A DNA stretch of 64,000 nucleotides from Gammaproteobacteria bacterium. GTDB taxonomy: Bacteria; Pseudomonadota; Gammaproteobacteria; Burkholderiales; JAHFRG01. A model generated the notes under the pieces. That model ran no database searches. It saw nothing but the letters and a program-made list of their open reading frames with translations, and was not told the DNA's origin. The DNA lies in contig JBGQCF010000003.1 in NCBI GenBank assembly GCA_041495205.1, positions 57,960 to 121,959 on the forward strand, read 5' to 3'. Shown one piece after another: positions 37,329 through 51,478 of this stretch. Position 1 is the stretch's first letter. Every line of letters begins with the position of its first letter. The translations under genes and the position numbers were made by a program.

Positions 37329-37408
37329 AATGGCACGATTCTGGATCTATTTGAAATAATTAAAGCGTCTTTGCAACCTCCCACCGGCTCCTGCATCATT
37401 GATTCTGA

Positions 37409-39869
<2,461 letters not shown>

Positions 39870-39873
<4 letters not shown>

Positions 39874-40055
39874 CGCACCAGATAAAGCAGCAGCAGACCG
39901 GCGAGCATGGAAGAAAGTCCGATGAAACGGATTTGCCCATCCGTCATCTCGGTCAGTCTCTTAAACGCTTCGCGCCAAACGGTCGGCAGCAGAAACGGCA
40001 GTATTCCCTCCAGCACCAGCATCAGGGCAAACGCTGTCAGCAAAAACTTGGACAT
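39870..40055 (-). CDS. DUF2065-family small membrane protein
   Basis: 61 aa, two TM segments, in the conserved position between hflC and hisZ. Confidence 0.75.
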
Positions 40056-40062
40056 GGATCGC

Positions 40063-40938
40063 CTATTTGCCCGGCTTGCCGGCGTGCTTCAGGTATTTAA
40101 AGAACTCCGAGTTGGGGTCGAGCACCAGCATGTCGGTCTTATTCTTGAAACTTTGCCGGTAGGCTTCCAGGCTGCGGTAAAAAGCGTAAAACTCCGGATT
40201 CTGCTGGTAGGCCTCGGCATAGATCGCCGCGCCTTTGGCATCGCCCACGCCCTTGACTTGCTGCGCCTCGCGGTAGGCTTCAGCGATGATGATTTCGCGC
40301 TGGCGGTCGGCGTCGGCGCGGATTTTTTCAGACTCCGCCGCGCCGGTCGAACGCAGCTCGTTAGCGACGCGTTTCCTTTCCGCTTCCATGCGGCGGTAAA
40401 CCGATTCACTCACTTCCTGCGGCAGGTCAACACGCTTGATGCGCACATCCAGCACATACACGCCGATCTTGCGCGCGTCCTCATTCGCCTTTTCCCGCAT
40501 CAGGTTCATGATCTTGTCACGTTCGCCGGACACGACATCATGCACGGTGCGGTTGCCGAATTCGTCGCGCAAGCTGGAATTCACCGTTTGCGCAAGCCGC
40601 AACTGCGCCCGCTGCTCGTCGCCGCCGACGCTGATGTAATACTGCCTGACATCCGCGATGCGCCATTTGACGAACGAATCCACCAGCACGTTTTTCTTTT
40701 CCGAGGTGAGGAAACGCTCCGGCTCGGGGGAATCCAAAGTGAGAATGCGCGTCTCGAAGAAGCGCACGTTGTCGAGTATCGGGACCTTGAAATACAACCC
40801 GGGTTCTTTTTTAACCGAAATGATTTCGCCCAGGCGAAATACGATGGCGTTCTGCCGCTGGTCCACGGTAAACATGCCGAGGCTGGCTAGCACCAGCACA
40901 GCGATTATGCCGATCAGGGCCGCGCCGATATTTCTCAT
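40063..40938 (-). CDS. hflC: Protease modulator HflC
   Basis: SPFH/band-7 domain with an N-terminal TM. 4-nt overlap with hflK. Confidence 0.93.
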   Translation of the reverse strand: MRNIGAALIGIIAVLVLASLGMFTVDQRQNAIVFRLGEIISVKKEPGLYFKVPILDNVRFFETRILTLDSPEPERFLTSEKKNVLVDSFVKWRIADVRQYYISVGGDEQRAQLRLAQTVNSSLRDEFGNRTVHDVVSGERDKIMNLMREKANEDARKIGVYVLDVRIKRVDLPQEVSESVYRRMEAERKRVANELRSTGAAESEKIRADADRQREIIIAEAYREAQQVKGVGDAKGAAIYAEAYQQNPEFYAFYRSLEAYRQSFKNKTDMLVLDPNSEFFKYLKHAGKPGK

Positions 40939-42113
40939 TGGCGTTGCTCCCGGTCGCGGCTGCGAAACGCTTCGCGCGAACGTGATGTGCTCTCCGGCTG
41001 CTGCGCCGACTCAGGTGTCGCAGCTCTCGGCGCAAGTTCCTGCCCGTCCGCCGGCGAGCCGCCGATATGCAACAGCTTGTCCAGTGGGAAGTACAGCAGA
41101 TTGGCTCCGGACTTCTGGTCTATCAACACCTTGCTGGTGCTTGAAAGTACCTGCTGCATCATGTCCAGATACAGGCGGTCGCGCGTCACTCCCGGCGCCT
41201 TGGTGTATTCCACCAGGATCTGCCGGAAGCGGCTGGCGTCGCCTTCGGCATTGGCAATCACCCGCTGCCGGTAGCCGTCGGCTTCCTGCAAAATGCGCGA
41301 CGCCGCGCCGCGTGCCTTGGGAATCACATCGTTGGCATACGCTTGGCCTTCGTTTTTTTGGCGCTCGCGGTCCTGGTTTGCTTTCACCGCATCGTCAAAC
41401 GCCGCCTGCACCTGCTCCGGCGGCTGCGCGTTCTGCATGGTTACTTTGCTGATTTGTATTCCCGTCTTGTAACGGTCGAGGATTTCCTGCATCAGGCTGG
41501 TGGCGTGAGCCGCCACCTGCTCGCGGCCTTCATAGAGCACAAAATCCATTCTGCTTTTTCCCACGATTTCGCGTATCGCTGTTTCCGCGGCCTGCAGCAC
41601 CGAGTCTTCCGGCGAGCGGTTGTTAAACAGGTAATCCTCGGGGCTTTTCAGAATGTATTGAACTGCGAACTGGATATCAATGATGTTCTCATCGTCGGTG
41701 AGCATCAGCGATTCCTTGATCACCTTGCTTTTGACGTTGTTGCGGTAACCGACTTCTACCGTTCTCACTTGCGAGAGATTAACGATTTCCACGCCTTCGA
41801 TGGGATAAGGCAGATGCCAGCGCGGTCCGGGTTGAGTGGTCTCGAGGTATTTGCCGAAACGCAACACCACTCCGCGCTGCGACGCATCCACGATATAGAA
41901 GCCGCTTGCCAGCCACACCAGCAAAACCAGCACGATGAGCAAACCCAACCCGCCGCGAAACTGTTTGGGTGCGGCGCTGCCGGGCCCGCCGCCGGAAGAG
42001 CGGCCGCGGCCGAACAGCGCATTCAATTTTTCATTGAATCTGCGCCATACTTCATCAAGGTCGGGCGGGCCTTGGTTGCCGCGCCTGCCCCATTGTGGGT
42101 CATTCAATGCCAT
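40935..42113 (-). CDS. hflK: Protease modulator HflK
   Basis: N-terminal NDPQWGRRGNQGPPDLDE motif, TM segment, SPFH domain. Confidence 0.93.
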   Translation of the reverse strand: MALNDPQWGRRGNQGPPDLDEVWRRFNEKLNALFGRGRSSGGGPGSAAPKQFRGGLGLLIVLVLLVWLASGFYIVDASQRGVVLRFGKYLETTQPGPRWHLPYPIEGVEIVNLSQVRTVEVGYRNNVKSKVIKESLMLTDDENIIDIQFAVQYILKSPEDYLFNNRSPEDSVLQAAETAIREIVGKSRMDFVLYEGREQVAAHATSLMQEILDRYKTGIQISKVTMQNAQPPEQVQAAFDDAVKANQDRERQKNEGQAYANDVIPKARGAASRILQEADGYRQRVIANAEGDASRFRQILVEYTKAPGVTRDRLYLDMMQQVLSSTSKVLIDQKSGANLLYFPLDKLLHIGGSPADGQELAPRAATPESAQQPESTSRSREAFRSRDREQRQ

Positions 42114-42173
42114 GTGGTTTATCTCAAATAATCTATTACGGTTGCCGAGGCGCCCATACTGAGCGGCTCAAGC

Positions 42174-43295
42174 TCAGGCCACTTTTACTGCAACAGTTTC
42201 CGGAGTTCCGCCGTGCATCGCTTCAAACAGCGCCTGGCGCACCAGATCCATGCCTTCAGCAGTGTGTGCGCTCAAACGAACACGCGCAATTTTACCATAC
42301 TCGTCGCGCTCCATGCCCTGCCGCCAGCCGCACAAGTCGATTTTATTGAGCACCAGCACCTGCGGCAGCTGATCTGCGCCAATCTCTGCAAGCACTTTGT
42401 TCACCTCAATGATCTGCTGGTCGCGGTTGGGATGGCTGGCATCCACCACATGCAGCAGCAAATCCGCCAGAGCGGTTTCTTCCAGAGTGGCGCGGAACGC
42501 ATCAACCAGGGTATGCGGGAGGCTGCGGATAAAACCTACAGTGTCGGAAAGCACCACCGTGCCGCAATCCGGGATGAACAGTTTGCGCGAAGTAGTATCG
42601 AGAGTCGCGAACAGCTGGTCGGCGACATAAGCGTGGGCATGAGTAAGACAATTGAATAGCGTGGATTTGCCGGCATTGGTGTAACCCACCAGCGATACCG
42701 ACAGCACGTTGGCGCGGCGGCGCGCCTTGCGCTGCACTTCGCGCTGACGGCGCAACCGCGCGAGCTTATCCTTAAGCACCTTGACGCGTTTCGCGAGCAA
42801 GCGGCGGTCGGTTTCCAATTGCGTCTCGCCCGGGCCGCGCAAGCCAATACCGCCTTTTTGCCGCTCCAAGTGGGTCCAGCCGCGTACCAGGCGGGTGGAA
42901 AGATGCTCCAGTTGCGCCAGCTCCACTTGCAGCTTTCCTTCGTGGCTTTTCGCGCGCTGTGCGAAGATATCGAGGATAAGACTGGTTCGATCCACCACTC
43001 TGCAGCGCAGTTCCTTCTCCAGGTTGCGCTCCTGGGCGGGGGACAAATCATGGTTGAATATGACGACTTGCACACCGCTCTCGCGCAAGGCTTGTGCGAT
43101 TTCGGCGACTTTGCCTGTGCCGGCAAACAGCGCCGGGTTCGGCTTGGAGCGTTTTCCTTTTATTACCAGTTTGGGGATGATTCCGGCACTTAGCGCAAGC
43201 TGCTGCAATTCTTGCAGGCTTTCTGCATAGCCCGCCTCGCCAAAATCGAGACTGACCAATACTCCTGTGTTCCCGCTGTCGGGACGCTCAAACAC
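42174..43295 (-). CDS. hflX: GTPase HflX
   Basis: G1 GYTNAGKST, G3 DTVGF, G4 NKID. 6 nt downstream of hfq. Confidence 0.93.
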   Translation of the reverse strand: MFERPDSGNTGVLVSLDFGEAGYAESLQELQQLALSAGIIPKLVIKGKRSKPNPALFAGTGKVAEIAQALRESGVQVVIFNHDLSPAQERNLEKELRCRVVDRTSLILDIFAQRAKSHEGKLQVELAQLEHLSTRLVRGWTHLERQKGGIGLRGPGETQLETDRRLLAKRVKVLKDKLARLRRQREVQRKARRRANVLSVSLVGYTNAGKSTLFNCLTHAHAYVADQLFATLDTTSRKLFIPDCGTVVLSDTVGFIRSLPHTLVDAFRATLEETALADLLLHVVDASHPNRDQQIIEVNKVLAEIGADQLPQVLVLNKIDLCGWRQGMERDEYGKIARVRLSAHTAEGMDLVRQALFEAMHGGTPETVAVKVA

Positions 43296-43301
43296 CCAGC
43301 A

Positions 43302-43544
43302 TTAGCTCTCGGAAGAAGGTTGCTCGAATGGTATGCTGACCGCCTTGGCGGGCACCACGGTGGAAATTGCGTGCTTGTACACCATTTGCGTTACGGTGTT
43401 TTTCAACAGCACCACGTATTGGTCAAACGATTCTATCTGTCCCTGCAATTTGATGCCGTTCACCAGATAAATGGAAACCGGCACGTGTTCCTTGCGCAAA
43501 GCATTCAAGAATGGGTCTTGTAACAATTGCCCTTTTGCACTCAT
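43302..43544 (-). CDS. hfq: RNA chaperone Hfq
   Basis: [43 protein letters not shown] is the canonical Sm1/Sm2 core. Confidence 0.98.
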   Translation of the reverse strand: MSAKGQLLQDPFLNALRKEHVPVSIYLVNGIKLQGQIESFDQYVVLLKNTVTQMVYKHAISTVVPAKAVSIPFEQPSSES

Positions 43545-43642
43545 CTTGACTCCATGGTTTTAGTTATTCGAAAGTTTACTTTACTCGATTTTTTGGCTTA
43601 AAGCCAGCCGCCTGGCCCGGCCCAATTCTCTTGTTTTCAAAC

Positions 43643-44965
43643 CTATTTGCCGGCATAGGGATTGCGGCCATGCTTAAATTGGACTTTGAGGGGCGTGCCC
43701 TGCAGCTTGAAAACCTTGCGCAAAGCACCTTCCAGGTAGCGCCGGTAGCTTTCCGGAACATGGTTTAACGCATTGCCGTGGATCACGATGAGCGGCGGAT
43801 TCATGCCGCCTTGATGGGCGTAGCGCAGTTTGGGGCGGATGAGGCCCGCACGCGGTGGTTGTTGCCTTGCGATCAAGGATTGCAGAGCGCGCGTAAGTTT
43901 GGGGGTGGGCAGTTTCGTCATTGCCGCTCGGTACGCCGCATCCACCGACTTGAGCAGCGCACCCACGCCCTTGCCCTGCAGCGCGGAAATATAATGCACC
44001 TTGGCAAAATCCAGAAACCTGAGTTTCCTCGCCATATCGTTTTTGATTTTCTCGCGCCGCTCCGCGCTCAACCCGTCCCATTTGTTGACCGCCAACACCA
44101 GCGCTCTGCCCGCCTCCAGGATAAATCCCGCGATATGCGTATCCTGTTCGGCAATATCCTGCTGCGCGTCCAGCACCAGCACGACAACATTGGCGTTCTC
44201 CACCGCCTGCAGGGCTTTGATCGTCGAAAATTTTTCGACCGCTTCATGCACTTTGCCGCGCTTTCTCAATCCTGCAGTGTCAATCAAGGTATAGTTTTTG
44301 CCATTGCGCTCAAAATCCACATAAATGCTGTCGCGCGTCGTGCCCGGCTCGGCGAACACAATGACCCGTTCCTCGCCGAGCAGGCTGTTAACCAGCGTGG
44401 ATTTGCCCGCGTTAGGACGGCCTACAATGGCGATTTTGGGATGCTTGCGCTGTTCGTCGAGTGCTCGCGCGGGCGGCACGTCAGCCAAAACCAACTCGAT
44501 AAGCTCACTCACACCTTCGCCATGCTCCGCAGATATCGGCAAGGGGTCGCCCAAACCCAGTTCGAAGAATTCCGCAGCCGCAATATCCCGCGCCATTCCT
44601 TCCGCTTTGTTCACCACCAGCCACAGCGGACGCCCGCTCTTGCGCAGGCTCTCCGCGATGATCTTGTCGCCTGCGTGCAAGCCTTGCCGCGCATCCACCA
44701 TGAACAGAATCTTGTCGCCCTCGGCGATGGCCTGCTGAGTCTGTTTCGCCATCTCAGCCAAAATGCCACCTTTGGCCGCCGGCTCGAAACCGCCGGTATC
44801 CACCACCAGAAAAGGTTTTATCCCCACCCTGCCGTGACCGTAATGCCGGTCGCGCGTCAACCCCGGCGCATCGGCAACAATAGCGTCGCGGCTTCTCGTA
44901 AGGCGGTTAAACAAAGTGGATTTGCCGACGTTGGTGCGGCCGACTATGACCAGGGTGGGTTTCAT
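43643..44965 (-). CDS. der: Ribosome-biogenesis GTPase Der (EngA)
   Basis: Two tandem G domains (GRTNVGKST and GRPNAGKST) plus a KH-like C-terminus. Confidence 0.96.
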   Translation of the reverse strand: MKPTLVIVGRTNVGKSTLFNRLTRSRDAIVADAPGLTRDRHYGHGRVGIKPFLVVDTGGFEPAAKGGILAEMAKQTQQAIAEGDKILFMVDARQGLHAGDKIIAESLRKSGRPLWLVVNKAEGMARDIAAAEFFELGLGDPLPISAEHGEGVSELIELVLADVPPARALDEQRKHPKIAIVGRPNAGKSTLVNSLLGEERVIVFAEPGTTRDSIYVDFERNGKNYTLIDTAGLRKRGKVHEAVEKFSTIKALQAVENANVVVLVLDAQQDIAEQDTHIAGFILEAGRALVLAVNKWDGLSAERREKIKNDMARKLRFLDFAKVHYISALQGKGVGALLKSVDAAYRAAMTKLPTPKLTRALQSLIARQQPPRAGLIRPKLRYAHQGGMNPPLIVIHGNALNHVPESYRRYLEGALRKVFKLQGTPLKVQFKHGRNPYAGK

Positions 44966-45008
44966 TGCGGAATGGATAATACCGCGGATTAACCGCTCAA
45001 GCGCGATT

Positions 45009-46169
45009 TTAGTGCAGCAACTCGACGTTCATGGCGTACAGTCCGCCATTACGCGTCAGCACCAACAGCCCTTTACTCAATGCGATTGGCGGCGCCGAGA
45101 CGCGGCCGCCGTCGGTTGCAAGGCGCGCGGCAAACGAACCGTCCTCACGCGACACAAAATGCACGTAACCATGAAAATCCGCAACCACAATATAACGGCC
45201 TAGAGCAAGCGGAGCGGTAATCCTTCGCGCGAACAGTTTGTCCTGCTTCCACACGCTGGCGCCGCTCACTTTGTCTAGCGCCACCACTGTGCCTTTATCA
45301 TCGCTCACATACAGGTTGTGCTCATCCAGGGTCAAACCGGCAATGCTGGAGATATCGCGCGCCCATAGAAGGTTACCGCGCAACAAGTCAAAACACGCGA
45401 CACGGCCCTGGTATGCGACGGCGCACACCCGTTCGTCATCCACAACCGGCGTGCTGGTGATGTCGGTCACCCGTTCCAGTTCAGTGGTTCCGCGCGGCAA
45501 CGCTACCGTGGCCTCCCAGCCGATGTTGCCATTATTAATGTCGAGCGCCACCAGCTTGCCTCCGGCGAACCCGGCGAACACGCCGCCGCGGGTTATGGCG
45601 ACACTGGCAAACGAGCGTACTGTGAGCACAGGCGTATTGCGCTGGTACACCCATCTGCGCTTGCCGTTCTCCGCGTCCAGTCCGAAAATCCGTCCATCTT
45701 CGGTGCGCACCACCACGATGCCTTCCGCGACCTGCGGCGCGCTCAGAATTTCGCTGGTAAGTTGTGATTTCCAGAGCGCGTAACCTCGATTATCAAATGC
45801 CAGCAGCTCGCCTTTTATATTGCCCACCAGAACCAGGTTACGCACGGCGCCGACGCCACCGGAAAGCTTGCGCCGGGTATCCACGCGCCAGATCAACTTA
45901 CCCGTCGCCGCGTCATACCGCAGCAAATCGCCGTATTCATTGGCGGCATAAACACTATCATCGGCAAAAACCGGGGTGAAGACATAAGCGCCGGATGACC
46001 CGATTCCTTTCTGCCATTGAATGCTCGCCTTGGCAGCACGCTTAAACGCAACCAGCCGCGCCGGTTTGTCCGCCGTATTGTCATCGCCGCCAAATCCTGG
46101 CAGGTCGGAGCACGCGCAAAGCACAAGCGCTAGCAACGCGGTTGCCGCTTTGCGCAACCAGCCGCTCAT
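45009..46169 (-). CDS. bamB: Outer-membrane assembly lipoprotein BamB
   Basis: Lipobox LCAC, PQQ-like beta-propeller repeats, conserved position between yfgM and der. Confidence 0.9.
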   Translation of the reverse strand: MSGWLRKAATALLALVLCACSDLPGFGGDDNTADKPARLVAFKRAAKASIQWQKGIGSSGAYVFTPVFADDSVYAANEYGDLLRYDAATGKLIWRVDTRRKLSGGVGAVRNLVLVGNIKGELLAFDNRGYALWKSQLTSEILSAPQVAEGIVVVRTEDGRIFGLDAENGKRRWVYQRNTPVLTVRSFASVAITRGGVFAGFAGGKLVALDINNGNIGWEATVALPRGTTELERVTDITSTPVVDDERVCAVAYQGRVACFDLLRGNLLWARDISSIAGLTLDEHNLYVSDDKGTVVALDKVSGASVWKQDKLFARRITAPLALGRYIVVADFHGYVHFVSREDGSFAARLATDGGRVSAPPIALSKGLLVLTRNGGLYAMNVELLH

Positions 46170-46799
46170 TTACTTTCCTCCCAGGGCATCCAGCTTGATC
46201 TGGATCAAATCACGGTAGTTACTCTTTTTGTCAATTTTTTCGAACGCCGCTTGGTAGGCGCCGCGCGCCTCCGCTGGTTTGCCCTGGGCGAGCAGCACGT
46301 CTCCCTTGAGGTCTAAATAAAACGCGTCATAAGCCGGGCTGTGTTTGGCTTCCAGCAGCCGCAAGGCCTGAGTGTAATTCTTTTCGTCAAGCAGCATTCC
46401 AGCGAGCCTGAGCCGCGCGATGTCCTGCAATTCGTCTTCAGCTGCGTGGTCGATGACCCACTGCAGCTGCGCCTTGGCGCTTTGCGCGTCGCCAGCCTGG
46501 TAATTGACCTTGGCTGCGATCAGCGCCGCGCGCGGCGCGTAAGCGGTGGAAGAAAATTTGTCAACGAGGGTTGCGGCGACTTCGCGGATTTTCTTCGCAT
46601 TATTTTCCGGCACCAATTGCTGCAACGCGCCGTAAAGTTCAGCCGCCTGCTGCGCTTGGGATTGCTGATAATAGCGCCATCCCTGGACGCCCGCCATTGC
46701 AACAACAAAAACGATGACGGTGAGGATAACCACCCGCCTGTTTTCCTTCCACCAAGCTTTCAGCGCGTCTATTTGTTCCTGTTCTTGTAAATCAAACAT
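46170..46799 (-). CDS. yfgM: YfgM-family TPR membrane protein
   Basis: N-terminal [17 protein letters not shown] motif, single TM segment, TPR-like C-terminus. Confidence 0.85.
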   Translation of the reverse strand: MFDLQEQEQIDALKAWWKENRRVVILTVIVFVVAMAGVQGWRYYQQSQAQQAAELYGALQQLVPENNAKKIREVAATLVDKFSSTAYAPRAALIAAKVNYQAGDAQSAKAQLQWVIDHAAEDELQDIARLRLAGMLLDEKNYTQALRLLEAKHSPAYDAFYLDLKGDVLLAQGKPAEARGAYQAAFEKIDKKSNYRDLIQIKLDALGGK

Positions 46800-48057
46800 G
46801 GTGTTTCCTCAGCATATCGGTTAACTCTTTTACTCCGGTGCGGATCTGTTCGCCTGCTTCGCGCAAGGGTTTAAGGCTTGCTTGCTGTGCCTGCGCTTCG
46901 TCGTCTCCGATGATCACGGCAAAGCGCGCGCCGCTTGAGTCGGCTCTTTTCATTTGCGACTTAAAGCTGCCGCCGCCGCAATGCAGTATCACGCGAATTC
47001 CGTAGCCGCGCAGTTCCTCCGCAACCTGAAGCGCGAATTTATCAGCCACTTCGCCTTGATGCACCAGATAGACATCCGCAGGCTGCGCGGCGGGCGCGCT
47101 GCCCTGCAACAGAGCCAGCAAGCGTTCGATCCCCATGGCGTAACCGCAAGCAGGTGTGGACTTGCCGCCCAATTGCTCCACCAGGCCGTCGTAACGGCCG
47201 CCCGCGCACACCGTGTTTTGTGCGCCCAGTTTATCGGACATCCACTCGAATACGGTCAGATTGTAGTAATCCAGTCCGCGCACCAAGCGTGGGGCGATTT
47301 CAAATTCAATCCCGGCGTGGCGCAGCAGCGCTTGCAGCTCTTCGAAGTGCTCGCGGGAGGCCTCATCGAGATCGTCAAGCAGACGCGGCGCGCCGGCGAT
47401 AATGGGCTGCAATGCGGGATCCTTGCTGTCCAGCACCCGCAGTGGGTTCCTTTCCACGCGGTTGCGCACCGACTCGTCCAGTTTTTTCCCAAATGAGGCC
47501 AGATATTTTTTCAGGCGCTCGCGGTAACGCGCACGACAATCCACGCTTCCCAGCGTATTGATTCGTAGTTTGATATCCCGCAAGCCCAACTTGTTCCACA
47601 GCCACTCGCACATGATGATGTGCTCGGCGTCAATGTCCGGGCCGGGATAGCCCAGCGCTTCGACCCCTACCTGGTGGAACTGACGGAAGCGTCCCTGCTG
47701 CGGGCGTTCGTGGCGGAACATCGGCCCCGTATAATAAAGCCGTTGCGGGCCCGGATAAAGCAAATTGTGTTGCAACACGGCACGCACGCAGGATGCCGTG
47801 CCTTCAGGGCGCAAGGTCAGACTCTCTCCGTTCAGCTGGTCGGTAAAGGTGTACATTTCCTTCTCAACAATGTCTGTCGTTTCTCCGATCGAACGCACGA
47901 AAAGATCGGTCTTCTCCAGGATGGGCGTACGGATATTGAGGTAGCCGTAACTTTGCAACCAGGCGCGCACGGTATCTTCAACGTATTCCCACAAGTACGT
48001 TTGGCTCGGCAGGACATCGCCCATGCCGCGAATCGCCTGGATGTTTTTGTCTGTCAT
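46792..48057 (-). CDS. hisS: Histidine--tRNA ligase
   Basis: [34 protein letters not shown] motifs. Confidence 0.96.
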   Translation of the reverse strand: MTDKNIQAIRGMGDVLPSQTYLWEYVEDTVRAWLQSYGYLNIRTPILEKTDLFVRSIGETTDIVEKEMYTFTDQLNGESLTLRPEGTASCVRAVLQHNLLYPGPQRLYYTGPMFRHERPQQGRFRQFHQVGVEALGYPGPDIDAEHIIMCEWLWNKLGLRDIKLRINTLGSVDCRARYRERLKKYLASFGKKLDESVRNRVERNPLRVLDSKDPALQPIIAGAPRLLDDLDEASREHFEELQALLRHAGIEFEIAPRLVRGLDYYNLTVFEWMSDKLGAQNTVCAGGRYDGLVEQLGGKSTPACGYAMGIERLLALLQGSAPAAQPADVYLVHQGEVADKFALQVAEELRGYGIRVILHCGGGSFKSQMKRADSSGARFAVIIGDDEAQAQQASLKPLREAGEQIRTGVKELTDMLRKHHV

Positions 48058-48128
48058 TAGATATAGATGGGAAATAACTTCGGATACGACGAATCGTGAT
48101 CTCTAAGGAATTCCGGTTCCGGAACTTT

Positions 48129-48986
48129 TTACTCCAAAGTTATTCGCGCCACGTCAACTTTAGTATATGGTTGCAAATCGACAGGCTTGTCGTTATAAGT
48201 GAGCCGCACACCGGCGGCATTGCCCGCCACCAGCAAAAAAGGCGGGTAACCGCGCACGGTTTGCGTGCTGCCGGCGGGATTAAGCTGCGCGAAAATCGTC
48301 CTGCCGTTTTTATCGGTAATTCCAACCCACGTTTCCTCGTCAAACTCGAGCCTTATTTCGCTGCTCCGGATTTGTTGCGCAACCGGCCTGGCTTCGCCGG
48401 TCTGCTCAGGCAGCGGCGTGTCGCCGGGTACAACCGGACCTGAGGTGCTGGCCTGGTTTGCGGGGCTTGCTGTGTTTGCCGGATTTGCGGGACTTGCAGG
48501 CCTTGGTGTAAATTGCGCTACCGGCGTTTTGCTTTTCTGCGGTTTAACCGCGGCAGATACCGGCTTGGTGCGCGGTACCGATTGCTCTCGATACCACTCG
48601 TAGACCAGAAACATTACTCCCAGCGACGCGAATAAAGCAAAAGCGGCGTAGCTTCGCCATAGATTGTTTTTATTCGAAACGCTCGGGATTTCCGCCACAC
48701 CCGGCTCGGCTTCGGGAACCTGCGGCATGGGCAGCAAATGCTCGGTGGGTTTCAACAACGGTTCGGCATCAATCTGCAACAGCTTGGCATAGTTGCGAAT
48801 GAAGCCGCGCACAAAGGTTATGCGCGGCAGGCTTTTATAATCATCTGCCTCCAGCGCTTCAATCTGCCGCACTCCCAGTTTAAGCTGCCGCGCCACATCG
48901 GCGACGGAAAGGCCCTGGCGCTGGCGCGCCGCGGAAAGAATGCTGCCGGCGCCCGCACTTTTGTTGTCAGCGGCGCCCTCGCTCAT
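48129..48986 (-). CDS. rodZ: Cytoskeleton protein RodZ (HTH plus TM plus DUF4115)
   Basis: HTH (LSVADVARQLKLGVRQIEALE), central TM segment, Pro/Ala-rich linker, C-terminal beta domain. Confidence 0.85.
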   Translation of the reverse strand: MSEGAADNKSAGAGSILSAARQRQGLSVADVARQLKLGVRQIEALEADDYKSLPRITFVRGFIRNYAKLLQIDAEPLLKPTEHLLPMPQVPEAEPGVAEIPSVSNKNNLWRSYAAFALFASLGVMFLVYEWYREQSVPRTKPVSAAVKPQKSKTPVAQFTPRPASPANPANTASPANQASTSGPVVPGDTPLPEQTGEARPVAQQIRSSEIRLEFDEETWVGITDKNGRTIFAQLNPAGSTQTVRGYPPFLLVAGNAAGVRLTYNDKPVDLQPYTKVDVARITLE

Positions 48987-49762
48987 TCGAATCGTCCATA
49001 ATTGAGCGCCCGGGTTTCGTTGGACTCCGGATATTTCCTGCGCAATTGCAAAGCGTAGCTGGCCTCAGCGTCGCGGTTGCCGAGCTTGTGCTCGATGCGC
49101 ACGCCCAGCCACAGGCTCTCCGCTGTCGGAACCCCCACTCGCATATATTTTACGAGATGCGTCTTGGCCTCGGTGTACTGGCCGCGCTTAAACGACAAGT
49201 CGGCCATGTTATAGAGAGCCTGCGGCTGATCCGGACGAATGCGCAGCGCCTTGCGGAAATACTCTTCTGCGGCTTTTTCATCGCCTTTCTGTCGCATGCA
49301 AACGCCTGCATAGGCATAGGATTTCTCCGGCGTGGCATACAACGGATTTTTCATTGCCGCCATAAAATATTTGATGGATTGATCCTCGCGCTTGCGCTGG
49401 CAAAGGAACCATCCGTAATTGTGGTTGGCGTCGGAATCGAGCGGATTGAGTCGCAGCGCCTGCTGGAAGTTGCGTTCCGCTTCCGCATCTTCGCGCAATT
49501 CCATGTGCACCAGGCCCATGACATTATAGGCGGGAGCATAGTTGGGATCATCGCGCAACGCTTCTTTCAGTTCCTGCAATGCTATGCCCAGCTGGCCGCG
49601 CTCGTAATAGCCCGCACCAAGATCGGTATGAATTTGTGCCCGTCTCTTCGCATCAGCCGGTTTCGCGGGAGGGCTGTCCTGCGGTGCTGTGGGGGTCGTT
49701 TGAGTTTGCTGCACGCAGCCTGCAAGCACCCATAGCAGGCAGATCAACAGGGTTTTGGTCAA
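48983..49762 (-). CDS. pilW: Type IV pilus biogenesis/stability TPR lipoprotein PilW (PilF)
   Basis: A TTG start at 49762 gives (M)[15 protein letters not shown], a lipoprotein signal, and abuts the rlmN stop. The ATG at 49840 would overlap rlmN by 82 nt. TPR repeats follow. Confidence 0.82.
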   Translation of the reverse strand: MTKTLLICLLWVLAGCVQQTQTTPTAPQDSPPAKPADAKRRAQIHTDLGAGYYERGQLGIALQELKEALRDDPNYAPAYNVMGLVHMELREDAEAERNFQQALRLNPLDSDANHNYGWFLCQRKREDQSIKYFMAAMKNPLYATPEKSYAYAGVCMRQKGDEKAAEEYFRKALRIRPDQPQALYNMADLSFKRGQYTEAKTHLVKYMRVGVPTAESLWLGVRIEHKLGNRDAEASYALQLRRKYPESNETRALNYGRFE

Positions 49763-50850
49763 AGTGAATTCTCCATGAATGCGACTTTGCGCAATTTGCG
49801 CTTGGTCCGATCCTGCACCTCGCCGACCAATTGGCCGCACGCGGCGTCAATGTCGTCGCCGCGCGTTTTGCGCGTGGTCACCACAATGCCGGCGTGTGTC
49901 AGAACGTCACGAAAGCGGCTGATTGCCTCAGGCGTGGAACGCCGATACCCTGAATCGGGAAATGGATTGAACGGGATCAGGTTGAATTTGCACGGCACAT
50001 CCTTGACCAAGGCAACCAGTTGGCGCGCCTGTGCAACGCTGTCGTTAATGCCGTCGAGCATGACATACTCGAAAGTGACGAAATCCCTCGGCGCGGCGGC
50101 AATATATCTGCGGCAGGCGGCGAGCAGTTCGCGCAGCGGATATTTTTTATTGACCGGCACCAGAATATCGCGCAATGCATCGTTCGGCGCATGCAGCGAT
50201 ACCGCCAGCGCCACCGGGCAGGCTTTGCTCAAGCGGTCTATGCCGGGCACCACACCCGAAGTGCTTAGGGTGACGCGCCGGCGCGATAAACCATACGCGT
50301 TGTCATCCAGCATCAAACGCAGCGCGCCTACAACATTGTCAAAATTCAACAGCGGCTCGCCCATTCCCATCAGCACCACATTGCTGATTACCCGCTTATC
50401 CTTAGGATCACGACCAAGCGCTTTGTTTGCCCACCACAGCTGACCGATGATTTCGGCAGTGCTGAGGTTGCGGTTAAAACCTTGTCTGCCGGTCGAGCAA
50501 AAAGTACATTCCAACGCGCAGCCCGCCTGGGTGGAAATGCACAGCGTGCCGCGTTCGGCTTCCGGGATGAACACCGCGTCGACGGCGTTGCCGTTGCCCA
50601 CTTCCAGCAACCACTTGCGGGTGCCGTCGGCCGAAACACTGGCGGATTTTACTTTAGGCGGCTCGATTATTGCCGCCGCCGAAAGCTTCTCGCGTAAGCT
50701 CTTGGCGAGATCGCTCATTTTGGCAAAATCGTTTTCGCCGAAATGATGTATCCAGCGCAAAAGCTGCCTGGCGCGAAACGGCTTCTCACCGATTTCCTTG
50801 CAGAAAGCGGTAAGACGCGTCAAATCATAATCAAGCAGGTTGACAGGCAT
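49759..50850 (-). CDS. rlmN: Dual-specificity RNA methyltransferase RlmN (radical SAM)
   Basis: [11 protein letters not shown] radical-SAM motif and MGMGEPLLN. The start overlaps the ndk stop by 1 nt. Confidence 0.95.
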   Translation of the reverse strand: MPVNLLDYDLTRLTAFCKEIGEKPFRARQLLRWIHHFGENDFAKMSDLAKSLREKLSAAAIIEPPKVKSASVSADGTRKWLLEVGNGNAVDAVFIPEAERGTLCISTQAGCALECTFCSTGRQGFNRNLSTAEIIGQLWWANKALGRDPKDKRVISNVVLMGMGEPLLNFDNVVGALRLMLDDNAYGLSRRRVTLSTSGVVPGIDRLSKACPVALAVSLHAPNDALRDILVPVNKKYPLRELLAACRRYIAAAPRDFVTFEYVMLDGINDSVAQARQLVALVKDVPCKFNLIPFNPFPDSGYRRSTPEAISRFRDVLTHAGIVVTTRKTRGDDIDAACGQLVGEVQDRTKRKLRKVAFMENSL

Positions 50851-51275
50851 TAGCGTGAGTGAATCTCCAGCGTTGGGAAAAAATAGGCGATTTCCATCGC
50901 GGCGGTTTCCAGGCTGTCGGAGCCGTGTACTGTATTAAGGTTAATGCTTTGGGCGAAATCCGCGCGCAGCGTGCCCTTGGCCGCCTTTTTGGGATCAGTC
51001 GCGCCCATCAACTCGCGGTTGACCTGAATCGCATTGTCCCCTTCCAGCACCTGCACCATCACCGGGCCGGAGGTCATGAACTCCACCAGGTCATTGAAAA
51101 AAGGCCGCTCGCGGTGGATGGCATAAAATCCTTCGGCCTGTTTGCGGGACAGGTGCAGCATGCGCGCGGCGACGATCTTGAGGCCATTTTCCTCCAAACG
51201 GGAATAGATTTTTCCGATGATATTTTTCACCACGCCATCCGGTTTGACGATGGACAGAGTACGTTCAACAGCCAT
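50850..51275 (-). CDS. ndk: Nucleoside-diphosphate kinase
   Basis: [10 protein letters not shown] and NTVHGSDS (active-site His) motifs. Confidence 0.97.
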   Translation of the reverse strand: MAVERTLSIVKPDGVVKNIIGKIYSRLEENGLKIVAARMLHLSRKQAEGFYAIHRERPFFNDLVEFMTSGPVMVQVLEGDNAIQVNRELMGATDPKKAAKGTLRADFAQSINLNTVHGSDSLETAAMEIAYFFPTLEIHSR

Positions 51276-51478
51276 TCACCATCTCCATATAGATTCCGTC
51301 AGAGCTATTAAATTCAAGATTAATCTATAAAAATACCATGTTAGGGCTCTCAAATAAAGCCTTGACGCTTAATTTTTACCGGCCTCTCCCCAAGCCAAAG
51401 CCTGGGCCATGGCCAGAATTCCTTCCTCCACGCATAATGCACGAATATTGCGCCCACCGCTGTGACAGGTCCTGACTA

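Noticed and set aside
37205-37408. tRNA-Leu as an integration site for a genomic island
   Set aside because: The tRNA is flanked immediately by core genes (rnr 37 bp upstream, purA 80 bp downstream). No integrase, no direct repeat of the tRNA 3' end and no compositional shift are present.
43545-43642. TGGCT-tta-AGCCA hairpin as the der terminator upstream of hfq
   Set aside because: On the transcribed (minus) strand the hairpin is followed by an A-run, not a U-run. The T-run is on the wrong side, so it is not a canonical intrinsic terminator for der.
49763-49840. ATG at 49840 as the pilW start
   Set aside because: It would add 26 non-signal-like residues and overlap rlmN by 82 nt. The TTG at 49762 yields a textbook lipoprotein signal ([16 protein letters not shown]) and abuts the rlmN stop.
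51390-51420. GGCCATGGCC 10-bp palindrome in the ndk/TPR spacer as a regulatory site
   Set aside because: It is a short GC palindrome containing restriction-site-like sequence, with no repeat partner or positional logic. Coordinates are approximate. Not distinguishable from chance.
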